From assembly GCA_036488725.1 (NCBI GenBank), contig DASXHD010000111.1:16760-80759 (forward strand): 64,000 nt of DNA. Direction: 5' to 3'. Both the position numbers and the translations under genes were made by a program. Origin of the DNA: Polyangiaceae bacterium. Lineage in GTDB: Bacteria > Myxococcota_A > Polyangia > Polyangiales > Polyangiaceae. This document shows positions 31,017 to 41,100 of the stretch, one piece after another (position 1 is the stretch's first letter; every line of letters starts with the position of its first letter). The notes below the pieces were generated by a model that was not told where the DNA came from, did not search any database, and saw nothing but the letters and a program-made list of their open reading frames with translations.

Positions 31017-32984
31017 ATGACCGACACACGCGAGCGCGACATCCTCGTCGCGACCAACGAGTATGCGTACGTCCAAGATCTGACGAAGGGCGACATCGTC
31101 CTTTACGTCGGGCCCACGAAGATCAGCTTGTCGAACACCGAGCGCCTCGTCGATTACCAGCACGGGCGCTTCGTTCCGATTCGCGCCGACGAAGGTCAAG
31201 CCGTCGCGCTCTTCGCGACCGCGACTTCGTCGCAGTACATCGTGCTCGAGAATCCGCCGAAAGATCCCGCGGTCAAACCGACGAAAGGAAACAACAGCGC
31301 GGTGGAGCTCCGCGTCGGGCGCAAGATCGTCGTGCCCGGGCCGGCGACGTTTCCGCTTTGGCCCGGTCAGCGCGCGCGGGTCGTCGACGGGCACGCGCTT
31401 CGCGAGGACGAGTATCTCGTCGTGCGCGTGTACGACGAAGGTCACGCGCAACCGATCGGTACCGAGCTCATCGTGCGCGGCACCGACACGAGCTTTTACG
31501 TTCCCGAGACGGGCCTCGAGGTCGTCCCCGCGTCGGGCGGCAGCTACGTGCGCAAAGCGCGGCGCTTGCGACGCGGAACGGGATTGCATCTTCGCGTCGT
31601 GAAGAGCTTCGTCGCCGGAGCGGCGGAGATTTTTCCCGAGGGTCGCTACGAAGCGGGACAAGACATTTTCATCGCCGACCGCGAAGGGTTCTTCTTTCCG
31701 ACGGCGAGCGTCGAGATCGTCGGCGAGATTTTGGCGATTCCGCTCGGCGAGCGCGAGGGCATCTACGTGCGCGACATCGCGACCGGGCGCATCGCGACGG
31801 CGTCGGGACCGACCAATTTTCTGCCGGATCCGACGCGCGTGGAGATCGTCGCGCGCGCGCTCGACGAAGAACGCGCCGCGCTCTACGGCGTCTCGAAGGA
31901 CCGCAGCCCGACGCGCGCGCTCGCGATTCACGTTCCGTCGAGCTTCGCCGTGCTCGTCACCGCCAAAGACAAACGCGAGGTCGTGCGCGGCCCGCAGACG
32001 CGCGTGCTCGACTACGACGAAGACCTCGAGGTGCTCGAGCTCTCGACCGGGCGCCCGAAGAGCGGCGAAAAAACGCTCCGCACGTGCTTTCTCCAAATCG
32101 AAGGCAACAAAGTCTCCGACGTCGTTCGCTTGAAGACGAGCGACCACAACGAGATCGAGGTCGCCGTCTCGTATCGCGTGTCGTTCGTCGGACCGGACGA
32201 GACGCGCTGGTTCAACGTCGAAGATTACGTCGGGCTCCTCTGCGATCACGCGGGGTCGCTCTTGCGCGGCGCGGCGCGCGCGTCTTCGATCGAAGCGTTT
32301 TATCAAAACAGCACCGAAATTTTGCGAACGGCGATCCTCGGCGAGAAGCGCGAAGGCGAGCCGCGGCCCGGCCGGCACTTCGAGGAAAATGGAATGTGGA
32401 TCTACGACGTCGAAGTGCTCGACGCGCGCATCCTCGATCCCGAGGTGCAGACCCTCCTCTCGGGCGCGCAGAAGGACGCGATCGTCGCCGACGTGACGCG
32501 CCGGCAAGAGCTGCTCGAGCTCGAGACGCAGCGGCTCAAAGAGCAAGTGCGCCGCGCGATTTGCGACGAGCAATCGCAGACGATGGGCGCCGAGGAGACG
32601 CGCGTCGCGAAAAAGCGCGCGGTCGACGTCGCGACGGCCGAAGCCGCGGTCGCGGTGACCTCGGTCGCGGAGGATGCGCGGCTCGCGGCGAGAGAACGCG
32701 AGCACGAGCTCGACAAGAAGATGCTCGACGCGCGCGTCGGCGCGTTCCGCGAGCAGATGGCGGCGCTCGCGCCCGAGCTCGTCGCGACGCTGAAGACGCT
32801 CGGCCACCAAACGCTCGCGGCCGAGCTCGCGAAAAGCGTTTCGCCGCTCGCGATCCTCGGCGGAGAGAGCGTCACCGACGTCGTCGAGCGCCTCCTCGGC
32901 GCGCTGCCGATCGGCGCCGACTCGACCGTCGGAAAGCTGCTCGCGTCGAAAAACGGGAAGGAGCATCGCCTCGAGGAGCGTTAG
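31017..32984 (+). CDS. major vault protein (MVP) homolog (vault repeats + shoulder + cap-helix coiled coil)
   Basis: Direct motif matches to eukaryotic MVP: the N-terminal vault repeat (ours NEYAYVQDLTKGDIVLYVGPTKISLSNTERLV vs human [31 protein letters not shown]); IPLGEREGIYVRDIATGRIATASG vs [31 protein letters not shown] vs LSAGRPK; QNSTEILRTAILG vs KNSARIIRTAVFG; a long C-terminal coiled coil like the MVP cap-helix. 655 aa (human MVP 893 aa); no signal peptide. Confidence 0.8.
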   Translation: MTDTRERDILVATNEYAYVQDLTKGDIVLYVGPTKISLSNTERLVDYQHGRFVPIRADEGQAVALFATATSSQYIVLENPPKDPAVKPTKGNNSAVELRVGRKIVVPGPATFPLWPGQRARVVDGHALREDEYLVVRVYDEGHAQPIGTELIVRGTDTSFYVPETGLEVVPASGGSYVRKARRLRRGTGLHLRVVKSFVAGAAEIFPEGRYEAGQDIFIADREGFFFPTASVEIVGEILAIPLGEREGIYVRDIATGRIATASGPTNFLPDPTRVEIVARALDEERAALYGVSKDRSPTRALAIHVPSSFAVLVTAKDKREVVRGPQTRVLDYDEDLEVLELSTGRPKSGEKTLRTCFLQIEGNKVSDVVRLKTSDHNEIEVAVSYRVSFVGPDETRWFNVEDYVGLLCDHAGSLLRGAARASSIEAFYQNSTEILRTAILGEKREGEPRPGRHFEENGMWIYDVEVLDARILDPEVQTLLSGAQKDAIVADVTRRQELLELETQRLKEQVRRAICDEQSQTMGAEETRVAKKRAVDVATAEAAVAVTSVAEDARLAAREREHELDKKMLDARVGAFREQMAALAPELVATLKTLGHQTLAAELAKSVSPLAILGGESVTDVVERLLGALPIGADSTVGKLLASKNGKEHRLEER

Positions 32985-32994
32985 ACTGAGCGAC

Positions 32995-34503
32995 GTGCCC
33001 AAGACGGTCTTCGCCGCGCTCGCGCTCGCGTTCGCCGCGGTCTTCGCGGCGTGCGGCAAGACTCCGCCGAGCGGTGCCGACGCGGCCGCGCCGATCGCGA
33101 CGACGTCGGCTGCGCCTTTCGTCGTTCCCACCGTGACGTGGGACGCGAAAACGCGCGCCGACGCGATCGCGGCGGGAAAATCGGTGCTCGAAAAAAACGA
33201 GTGCCGCCGCTGCCACGAGATCGACGATCTCCCCGCGCCCGTTCGCCCGAATCACTGCACGAGCTGCCACGAGTTTCTCAAAGGCCTCAAGCCGGGCGAG
33301 AAACAATACGAAGAGATCGCCAAGCGAAATGGCCGCGAGTTCATCGAGCGGTATCAGCGAAACATCGTGCACCTCATCAAGGTGCCGAACCTCACGAACG
33401 TCGGGCGCCGCGTGCGCGCGGATTTCATCGCGAAGTTCTTGAGCGAGCCGTTCGATCAGCGGCCGACGCTCGAAGAGAGCATGATTCGCCATCATCTCTC
33501 GGACGACGACATCAAAGCCGTCGCGCGTTACTTCGCCGCGGTCGCGAGCGCGCCCGATCCCTACGCGGCCGATTACAAAGCGCCCGAACTCGGCAGCCGG
33601 CCCGAACAGACGCGCATCGACAAAGGCAAGCAGCTCTTCTTGTCGCGCGGGTGCACGGCGTGTCACACGTTCGGCAACCTCGACACCGGCGTGCCGCGCG
33701 CCGCGCTCGAGGGCGCGCGCGCGACCAACGAGCTCGCGCCGAACCTCCGCTTCGCGAAAGAGCGCACGCGACCGGACGTGATCGTCGCGTGGATTCAAAA
33801 CGCCGCGCAGATCACACCGGGCACGGTGATGCCGCCGAGCGGCATGACGCGCGAAGAAGCCGAGCTCGTGCGCGATTTTCTCTTCTTCGGCGATCCCGAG
33901 CTCCACCCCGCGCCCGCGACGTACGCCGTCGTGCCGCCGAAGCTTCTCGACCGCGAAGTGCCCTACGAAGAAATGAAGTCGCGCACGCTCGGGAAAGTTT
34001 GCGTTCACTGCCACATGAACGACTACGAAAAAGACACCGGGCCCGGAAACAAAGGCGGCTTCGGTTATCACGGCATCGGCCTCGCGATGCGCACGTACGA
34101 AGCGCTCGTGAACGGCGCGGTCGGCGCGGACGGCAAACGCTATTCGGTTTTGATCGCGAAGAAGGGCGAGTCGATGCCGCCGCTCGTCGCCGCGATGGTC
34201 CAGCGCCGCGTCGAGGAGCAGCGCGACCACGTGCCCGCGTTCGAGGACTACGAGCGCCCCGATTATCCGAAGTCGCCGCCGGCGATTTTGGGAATGCCGA
34301 TGGGCTTGCCGTCGATGACCGACGAAGAGATCTCGATCTTGGCGACGTGGATCGCGCAAGGATGCAAAGGCCCGACGAAAGTGTGGGGTCACCCGGGAAT
34401 GAACGACGGCCTCCTCGTGCAGGACGGCCCGCTGAAGAAAAACCAGGGCTGCGAGCAGCGATCGCCCGAGCACCCGCGCCCGACGTGGGCGTACGACCAG
34501 TAG
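32995..34503 (+). CDS. tetraheme c-type cytochrome lipoprotein
   Basis: GTG start 10 nt after the MVP stop. (M)PKTVFAALALAFAAVFAACG lipobox. Four CxxCH heme-binding motifs (CRRCH, CTSCH, CTACH, CVHCH). Confidence 0.75.
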   Translation: MPKTVFAALALAFAAVFAACGKTPPSGADAAAPIATTSAAPFVVPTVTWDAKTRADAIAAGKSVLEKNECRRCHEIDDLPAPVRPNHCTSCHEFLKGLKPGEKQYEEIAKRNGREFIERYQRNIVHLIKVPNLTNVGRRVRADFIAKFLSEPFDQRPTLEESMIRHHLSDDDIKAVARYFAAVASAPDPYAADYKAPELGSRPEQTRIDKGKQLFLSRGCTACHTFGNLDTGVPRAALEGARATNELAPNLRFAKERTRPDVIVAWIQNAAQITPGTVMPPSGMTREEAELVRDFLFFGDPELHPAPATYAVVPPKLLDREVPYEEMKSRTLGKVCVHCHMNDYEKDTGPGNKGGFGYHGIGLAMRTYEALVNGAVGADGKRYSVLIAKKGESMPPLVAAMVQRRVEEQRDHVPAFEDYERPDYPKSPPAILGMPMGLPSMTDEEISILATWIAQGCKGPTKVWGHPGMNDGLLVQDGPLKKNQGCEQRSPEHPRPTWAYDQ

Positions 34504-34529
34504 CGAAGCCCGCTCCACCCGGCGACGCG

Positions 34530-34697
34530 CCTTCTCGACTTGGTGGCGAGCCTTCTCGACTTGGTGGCGAGCCTTCTCGACTCGGTGGCGAGCCTTCTCG
34601 ACTTGCTGGCGGGCCTTCGCGACTTGCCGGCGGGCGTTCGCGACTTGCTGGCGGGCGTTCGCGACTGGGTGGCGGCACTTCTCGACGGCACGACGAC
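34530..34697. repeat. tandem array of ~7.5 copies of a 21-bp repeat (GCCTTCTCGACTTGGTGGCGA consensus)
   Basis: Seen directly: units at 34530, 34551, 34572, 34593, 34614, 34635, 34656 with progressive point divergence (cttctc to cttcgc to gttcgc; ttggtggcga to ttgctggcgg), plus a degenerate last unit. It lies in the convergent intergenic region between the cytochrome gene and the gene ending at 34741. Confidence 0.85.
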
Positions 34698-34740
34698 ACG
34701 TGGCTTCGTCGCCGCGCCCGGCTCCGAGTCCGCGTCCTCG

Positions 34741-35310
34741 TCACCGCTTCGGAAAGCGGCCGTCGTCCTCACGCAGCTTGCCGGTCGCGCGCCTCTCGGC
34801 GAGCTGCTGCACCCGCGCGGGTGAAACGTAAAACCGCGCGAATTCGTGCGCGGGGAGCGGCCAGCCGCCGGTGCCGTGCTCGACGTCGTCGAAGCACGCG
34901 CGCGCGAACTCGACGTGGAACGCGCTCTCGGCGATCGACAGACATTTCTCGGCGAGCGCGTTCGCGTCTTGGTCGGCGCGCGTTTGTGCGACGAAGCTCG
35001 CGGCGAAGCGAAAGCCGGCGACGTCGAGCGCCATGCGGTACGCGTTGCGAAGCCCGCCGAACGCGTTCGCGCGCGCGAGCTTCACGCGCGCCTTCACCTC
35101 GGCGCTCGGCGGCGGAAGCGGCAGCGGGCGCTCGACGACGTCGTAGTCTTCCCAGCCGGCGCGCCGCAGCTTCTTCGAATACGACGCGAGGTCCGATTCG
35201 ACGCGCTCGATCTTCGCGTCGATGCTCCCATCGCTGCGCACGAAGAGCGCGCCGTCATGTTCGGCGATCCAACGAAAGCGGCCGCCCTTGTAGAGCCGCG
35301 TCCACTTCAC
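34741..35310 (-). CDS. hypothetical cytoplasmic protein
   Basis: GTG at 35310 overlaps the upstream lipoprotein stop (GTGA). 189 aa with coherent composition (VKWTRLYKGGRFRWIAEHDGALFVRSDG...). The R-rich 5' part of ORF 34741..36123 is rejected. Confidence 0.5.
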   Translation of the reverse strand: MKWTRLYKGGRFRWIAEHDGALFVRSDGSIDAKIERVESDLASYSKKLRRAGWEDYDVVERPLPLPPPSAEVKARVKLARANAFGGLRNAYRMALDVAGFRFAASFVAQTRADQDANALAEKCLSIAESAFHVEFARACFDDVEHGTGGWPLPAHEFARFYVSPARVQQLAERRATGKLREDDGRFPKR

Positions 35311-36203
35311 GGCGTCGTCCACGTCGCCGGCAAGTCGAGACGTTGCCCGATCGGATCGTCGAGCTGGGGCAGACGAACCAGATACGCGAGCGCGACCGAA
35401 TTCGGGCTCGCTTGCTCGAGATAAATGATCGCGAGCGAAATCGTCTGCGTGCTCGGCTCCCAAAAGAGCGAGTGGAGCTCGAACCAACCGGGCGACGCGC
35501 ACGTCGTGCAATCGATCACGTTGAAGGGATAGAGCGTCCACGACGTGCTCGCAAAGGTCGCGGTGCCGGGGTTCGCGCCGTCGAAGGCGATCGACGGCCC
35601 GCTGATGGTGAACCCGGAGACGACCTTCGGCGGCGGGATCGACATCGCCGGAAGCGACACGCTCTCGTCGGTCGACTGCGTCACCGAGCTGCAGGTCCCC
35701 TTCGCCGGCAGCTCGGCGGTCGAGGCGATGCCGTCGGTGCTCTCGTAATAGACGAACGCGAGATTGGTATCGTTCGCGCAGGTGATCCACGCGAGGACGG
35801 CGCGGTCCGGCGTCATGCCGACGATTTCGAAATCGCGCTCGCCGGTGAACGCTCCGCCGTCGCCGGTGCCGGGCGGCGTCGAGGTGCTCGTGTAGAAAAA
35901 CGCGGGCGTCGTCTCGCCGTGGAATTGGATCGTGCCGACGCCGTGCGTGATCGCGATCGCGCCGAGCTCGGCCGCGCCGGTGCCGTCGAACGAAACGTCC
36001 TCGGCGACGGTCCACGTGGCTTGCGTCGCGGGCACGTCGATCGTCGTGCTCGCGTCCGGCGCGCCCAGCGCGTCGGTGGACGCGTCGCCGGCGTCGGTCG
36101 TCGTGTCGTCGGCGGACGAGCACGCCGCGAGCGCGAGCAGCGCGAACGCGAGCGCCGTCCGTGCTCGCGACGTCCCGCCTGCGGCGGATCCGTCGACTTT
36201 CAC
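35307..36203 (-). CDS. hypothetical lipoprotein (Thr/Ser-rich)
   Basis: GTG 36203 overlaps the OPT transporter stop (GTGA). ARTALAFALLALAACSS lipobox. The rest of ORF 35307..37196 upstream is R-rich junk antisense/out of frame to the OPT gene. Confidence 0.55.
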   Translation of the reverse strand: MKVDGSAAGGTSRARTALAFALLALAACSSADDTTTDAGDASTDALGAPDASTTIDVPATQATWTVAEDVSFDGTGAAELGAIAITHGVGTIQFHGETTPAFFYTSTSTPPGTGDGGAFTGERDFEIVGMTPDRAVLAWITCANDTNLAFVYYESTDGIASTAELPAKGTCSSVTQSTDESVSLPAMSIPPPKVVSGFTISGPSIAFDGANPGTATFASTSWTLYPFNVIDCTTCASPGWFELHSLFWEPSTQTISLAIIYLEQASPNSVALAYLVRLPQLDDPIGQRLDLPATWTTP

Positions 36204-38164
36204 TGCAAATACCCGCCGGCGCTGAGCAGCGCGACGGCGACGCCCAGCAAGCTCTCGCCCGCGATGATGCCCGACGCGACCGGCGTGATGTAACGCTCGC
36301 CGTGCTCCGGCTTGTACTTCACCCAGAGGTACGCGATGAGCGCGCCGAGAAACATCGACACCGAGTTGAAGCACGGGATGACGAGCGCGAGCCCGAGCCC
36401 GGTCGCGCTCGGCATCCACTGTTTGTATTTCGGGAACGCGAGCTCGAGCAGCGGCAAAATGATTCCGATGAGCCCGCCGATGACGATGCCCCAGCGCGCC
36501 CACGGGTGCAGCGACTCGACGCCGTGGGCGAGGAGCTCGGCGACGCCCTTCCACACTTGCGCGCTCGGAGCCGGAAAGCGATCGGTGCCGAGCGCGTCGG
36601 GCGTCGGCACGAGCGTGTAGAATGCAGGCACCGAAACGAGCGTGCCGACGAGCGTGCCGGAGAGCTGCGCGAGGAACTGCTGGCGCGGGTTTGCGCCGAG
36701 CAAGTAACCGCTCTTCAAATCGTTGAGCAGGTCGGCCGACGCGCCCGCGGCGCCGGCGGTGACGCTCGCGGTCATGAGGTTCGTCGTGACGTTCGTCGGC
36801 GCGAGGACGCCGTACGTGAGCTGCGTGATTTTGCCCATGGCGCCGACCGGCGTGATGTCGGTCTCGCCGGTCGCGCGGCACGCGACGATCGCGAGCATGA
36901 ACGCCATCACGACCGAGATGACGCCGAGGAACGGCGAGATGTGAAACGCCTTGTACCCGATGATGACCAAACCGATCGTCGCGGCGCCCGTGCCGATGAC
37001 GAACCACGACGACGGCACTTCGATCTTCTCGAGCTCGCCGCGCGCTTTCTCGATCGGGTCTTGCGATTGCGCGTCGTGATGCTCGGCGCTCTTCTTGAGC
37101 AGCTTGCCGATGCCCGAGAACGCGCGCAGCACGGTGCGCCACTGCAAACCGAACGTGAGCAGGCCCGACGTCACCATGATTGCGGCGCCCGGCCACAAGC
37201 TGAACGCGACGATGTTGCGGTAACCGAGGATCGCCTCGCCGTTCTTCATCTGCGTGTGAATGACGCCGTGATCGAGCAGGATCGGCGCGAGGACGCCGAA
37301 GTTGATGAGCGCGCCGACGAGCATGCTGATCGTCGTGCGCAGCCCCATCAGCATGCCGGCGCCGACCATGATGAGCGAGCCCTCGAACGAAATCGTGTAC
37401 TGGAGCAGCGGCAAGCCGCGGATCTTGATGCCGGGGATCGGGATCAGGTCGGGGATCTTCGAGAGCTTGGTGAGCGCGCCGAGGATTGGGTGCGTGGGCG
37501 CGCCGTGCGCGTCACGGAGCCACGCGACGATCGCGCCGAGGCCCATCATCGCGAAGAGCGAGCGCGCCTTCTTCACCGCTTCGCTTCCAGAGCCGTAGAG
37601 CGATTTCAGCGTCTCGGCGGCCGCGGTGCCCGAGGGAAAACGAAGCTTCTCGATGTTGATGATCTGCCGCTTCATCGGGATCGCCATCACCGTGCCGAGC
37701 ACGGTCATGAGCAAAATCCACCCCATGAGCACGCCCATCGGCAGGTGACGTCCCGTCACGAGCAGAAGCGCCGAGATCGCCGAGACGAGAATGATGGTGC
37801 CGGCCGACGCGCTCGATGCCGTCGACTGCATCGCGTTGTTCTCGAGCATCGACAGGTTCGCGCCGAAGAGCCGCGGCGCGATGCGCGAGAGCGTCGAGTA
37901 GACGGCGTACGAAAGAATGCACGCGGTGATCGCGACGCCGAGACCCCAACCGGTCTTGAGGCCGACGTACAAATTCGACAAACACATGACGGCGCCGATG
38001 ACGCTGCCGACGATGAACGAGCGCAGCGTGAACTGGCGAACGTTTCCGCGGTAGACGTTTTGGAACCACTCGACCTCGGGATCGATCGGCGTTTGATCCG
38101 GCGGCGCGTTCGCGCGGTACGGCTTTTTTTCCGGGTTTTCGCCTTCGGGCTGAGTGGCGGCCAT
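36200..38164 (-). CDS. OPT-family oligopeptide transporter
   Basis: 654 aa polytopic membrane protein with OPT superfamily architecture (about 16 predicted TM segments, characteristic N-terminal NVYRGNVRQFTLRSFIVGSVIGAVMCLSNLYVGLKTGW region). ATG 38164. Confidence 0.8.
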   Translation of the reverse strand: MAATQPEGENPEKKPYRANAPPDQTPIDPEVEWFQNVYRGNVRQFTLRSFIVGSVIGAVMCLSNLYVGLKTGWGLGVAITACILSYAVYSTLSRIAPRLFGANLSMLENNAMQSTASSASAGTIILVSAISALLLVTGRHLPMGVLMGWILLMTVLGTVMAIPMKRQIINIEKLRFPSGTAAAETLKSLYGSGSEAVKKARSLFAMMGLGAIVAWLRDAHGAPTHPILGALTKLSKIPDLIPIPGIKIRGLPLLQYTISFEGSLIMVGAGMLMGLRTTISMLVGALINFGVLAPILLDHGVIHTQMKNGEAILGYRNIVAFSLWPGAAIMVTSGLLTFGLQWRTVLRAFSGIGKLLKKSAEHHDAQSQDPIEKARGELEKIEVPSSWFVIGTGAATIGLVIIGYKAFHISPFLGVISVVMAFMLAIVACRATGETDITPVGAMGKITQLTYGVLAPTNVTTNLMTASVTAGAAGASADLLNDLKSGYLLGANPRQQFLAQLSGTLVGTLVSVPAFYTLVPTPDALGTDRFPAPSAQVWKGVAELLAHGVESLHPWARWGIVIGGLIGIILPLLELAFPKYKQWMPSATGLGLALVIPCFNSVSMFLGALIAYLWVKYKPEHGERYITPVASGIIAGESLLGVAVALLSAGGYLQ

Positions 38165-38183
38165 GGGCCTCCCTCCTATCACC

Positions 38184-41100
38184 TCAGCGGCTTTGCACGC
38201 ACCGAAATGCTTGCCGCGCCCGGTCGATGTAGAGCGACGCGGACACGACGGGCTCGTCGACGTGACCGAGCTTGCCGGCGCTCGGCGCGTCGGCGTAGCC
38301 GTTGAGCGACAGCTTTTCCAAGCACATCGCGGTCGGCGTCACGTGGTAGCGCGCGAACATTCCGCTGCCGGAGTAACCGTTGAGCTGCGCGCCCGACGCG
38401 CCGAGCACGGTGATGGCCGCGCCGGGCCAGCGCCCGTCGACGACCCAGCCGCCGTCTTGCGCGCCGCAGACGCGGACCGCTTTGCCGCTTCCGTCGGACG
38501 CGCCGAGACGCTCCGGATCGCCGAGCGCGCCGGAGTCGACGTCGATCGGAAGCGCCCACGCTTGGCTCCTCCAGCGCGAGGGACGCGCCGCCCCTTCGGT
38601 GATCGGCGCGCCGATCACGATCGCACCGAGCATGCGTCCGTCGGCGCGACGCGCGAGCCGAAGCGCCGGCGCGCGAACGCCTGCCTCCTGGCCGACGCGC
38701 GGAATGCGAACGACGTCGCGCGCGACGCCCGAATCGAGCTCGGACACGAGCGTCGCGTTGCCGTCGGTCGTCGCGAGATACCAGCGCCCGCCCATGCGCA
38801 CCGCCGACTCGAGCTCGCCGAGCGCTTGCCCGCCTTCGCGTCGCACCTCGAGCGCCGGACGATCGGCTTCGACGTCGACGAGGATCGTCTCCGGCCCGCT
38901 GCCGCTCGGCGAATACACGTAGCGCTGAACGATCATGAGCGCGTGGCTCGCGTCGTCGCCCGGCACCATCGACACGTATTGAATCGGGTGCGTCGGGTAG
39001 CCGCCGAGGCCGACGAAGTTGGTCGAGTCGGCGATGAACTGCGGGATGGTAGTGCCTTGCGTCGCGTGGAGCACGTTCGACGCGTCGAACGGCGACGTGA
39101 AGCGCACGACGAAACGTCCGTGGCTGTCCCAATCCATGCCCTTCGGGCCCCACGCGTAAAGTCGCGCGAGCGCCGAGAGCGTGAAGTGCCCCGAGTTGCC
39201 GCTGTCGGTGCCGCTTCGATCGTAAATCTCGTCGACGCGTCGGCTGAACCCGAGATCGTCGGTGCCGAGCTTCGGCGCGCTCATCGCGAAGAACGGCTGC
39301 CAGTCGATCGTCTGCGGCGTCCGGTTGTAGCCGTAGCCGTAACCGTAGCCGTATGGATAACCGTAGCGTCCGTAGCGGTAGCCGGAGGTCTGCGTCGCGC
39401 TCGTGTCTTCGCTCGGCGGCGCGAGCTTGCCCGACGCTTCGCACTTCAAGTGGAGGGTCGTCGGCGAGGGCACGTCGAAGGTGCGCGGCGTCTGCGCGTT
39501 CACGTCGTTCGCGGCGTGCGGCGGGGGCTCGCCCCAGCCGACGCGAATCCATCCGGCGAGGACGCAGCCGAGTGGACCGCAGCCGTGCATCGCCGCGCCC
39601 GCGGCAGGTCCCGCCACTTCGAGCGGCTCGGGCAGCGCGAGCGGCTTCCACGTCATGCCGCCGTCGATCGTCTCGTAACCTTGGCGCGACGCGGTCCAGC
39701 CGAGGCCCCATCGGCCCGAGACCATCGCGGTGCCGAGGTCGACGACGAACGGCCCGTGCTTCACTGCGCCCGCGAGGCTGATTTCGAGCCCGATGTAGCG
39801 GCCCGAGTGCGCGACCCACGCCGAGAGCGTGCCGGGCGTGCGCTCTTCGATGCCTTGCATCCACGTGCCCGAGCGGAGCACCGCGGCGACGCGCGACTCG
39901 TCGTCGACGTCCGGCGTCGTGTCGTCGGCCTCGTCGTCCTCGTCGGGTTTCGCTTTCGCGGGCTTCGCTTGCGCGCTCGCGAACGTGAGCGGGATCGTCT
40001 TCGGTTTCGCGCCGTCGAAAATCGTGAGTCGCCCCGTCGAAAGATCGCCGACCGGCGGCGAGACGATCGCGGTGCGCCCGTCGGCGAGCGGCACGACGCG
40101 CTCGGTGCCGACGTCGCCGTTCACGACGAAGTCTTCGAACTTCCGATTCGCGCGCATGATGCAGTAGCCCTGCTCGGTCTTCTTGATGTCGACCGGCGTC
40201 GCGTCCGGATCGCACACGCCCTCCACGACGAGCGTGCCGTTGCTCGGCGAGAAGACCGCGCGCGGCTCGTCGAAGTGACGAAGCAGCACGAGCTTGCCCG
40301 CCGGGTCGTACGCGTAAATCTCGGTCGCGCCGTGCGGCACGCCGCAGACGAAACCGAACGCGCCCGCCGATTTCATCGGCGAGAGCGAGACCGCGTGACA
40401 GCGCGCGGGCTTCAGCGGAAACGCGTCGGGCGCCGTGTCGAGCACGGTGCCGTCCGACATGCGCACGCGTGAGAGCGCGCCGTCGCGCGCGACGAGCGCG
40501 GTGCCGCCCGCGAGCGGCCAGCCTTCGAGCACGGCCGATGCGAGCGGGTTTTTCGCGGTCGCGCGCGCGGTGTCCTCGGGCTCCGGCGCCGGCTCCGCGT
40601 GCTTCTTCGTCGTGGTCTCTTGGAGCCGCGCGATTTGTCCGTTCGGTTGCACCGCGTACGACTGCGACTCGCCGTCGGCGTCGACGCCGGTCACGACGAT
40701 GGCATCGCCGGAGAGCTCGAGGTTCTTGGGCTCGATCAGAATCGGCAGCGTCTGCCATCGATTGCCCGCGTCGAACGTCGCGACGACGCCGCGCAAATCG
40801 GCGATGGCCGCGGCGCGCCAACCATCGGCGGCGACGTAATGGCTCACTTGCGGGCTCCCCGGCCACGGCCCGAGGTCCATCGGATCGCCCGTCCGCGGAT
40901 CGAACGCGACATACGCCGCGTTCGAGAGCCGCAGATACGCGCGATCGAGACCGATGAAGAGCTGCGTCGGCGAGACCGGCGCGGCGTAGAGCATCTCGAG
41001 CGGCGCGAGCCAGCTCGCCGCGCGATAAACCGTCGGCCCGATCACGAACAAGAAGCCGCCGCCGAGCCGCTCCGGAATTTCGACGGTCGTCGCCGGCGGC

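Noticed and set aside
34530-34697. Possible CRISPR array
   Set aside because: Repeats are directly tandem with no spacers, and units are 21 bp with drift. No cas genes nearby.
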